Shown here piece by piece: positions 63,801 through 64,000 of a stretch of DNA of 64,000 nucleotides. Both the position numbers and the translations under genes were made by a program. This DNA comes from Eledone cirrhosa. Its lineage: Eukaryota. The DNA is taken from assembly GCA_964016885.1 (NCBI GenBank), contig CAXHJY010000275.1, positions 124,001 through 188,000 of the forward strand. The letters run 5' to 3'. A model generated the notes under the pieces. The model was given only the letters and a program-made list of their open reading frames with translations, made no database searches and was not told the origin of the DNA. The number at the start of each line of letters is the position of its first letter. Position 1 is the stretch's first letter.

Positions 63801-64000
63801 GTTAGTTGTAGCAGTCCCTGTAGATTTGGTGTAGTACTGGTTAGTTGTGACAGTCACTGTAGCTTTGCTGTAGTACTGGTTAGTTGTAGCAGCCACTGCA
63901 GCTTTGGTGTAATACTGGTTAGTTGTAGCAGTGACTGTAGCTTTGGTGTAATACTGGTTAGTTGTAGCAGTCACTGTAGCTTCAGTGCAATACTGGTTAG
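48890..64000. repeat. 39-bp tandem array, at least 385 units, running off the window end
   Basis: Consensus GTCACTGTAGCTTTGGTGTARTACTGGTTAGTTGTAGCA; multi-kb internal duplications. Confidence 0.98.

Noticed and set aside
48865-63974. Mucin-like TATTNQYYTKATV or Cys-rich VSCSSHCSFGVIL repeat proteins
   Set aside because: Translations of a 39-bp satellite with frequent TAG stops and 1-bp deletions; no signal peptide or unique sequence.
28725-64000. CRISPR-like or cassette array
   Set aside because: Monomers are head-to-tail with no unique spacers, there are no cas genes, and the context is eukaryotic.

Overview
Eukaryotic, repeat-rich animal DNA. The SINE and RTE repertoire suggests an octopus or other coleoid cephalopod (inference). 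Six plus-strand GT-AG exons (14120-14294, 16835-16942, 19190-19351, 28463-28524, 46318-46368, 48078-48242) splice in frame into the SUN domain and downstream segment of a SUCO/SLP1-type protein; both ends of the gene lie outside what I can resolve. The first 28 kb is packed with decayed transposons: RTE-clade LINEs of several families (two carry a PHD finger inside the RT), tRNA-derived SINEs, two Helitron derivatives, piggyBac- and mariner-type non-autonomous elements, and Penelope-like remnants with degenerate hammerhead ribozymes. About half the window is three intronic tandem arrays (45 bp, 38 bp, 39 bp) with higher-order duplications. The very long repeat ORFs in the track come from these arrays and are not supported as genes. 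No clear new system is proven. The best leads are the PHD-in-RT LINE, the 45-mer that mimics an in-frame 3' splice site, a Helitron holding scrambled copies of a neighbouring piggyBac, and a SINE with a two-LINE chimeric tail.
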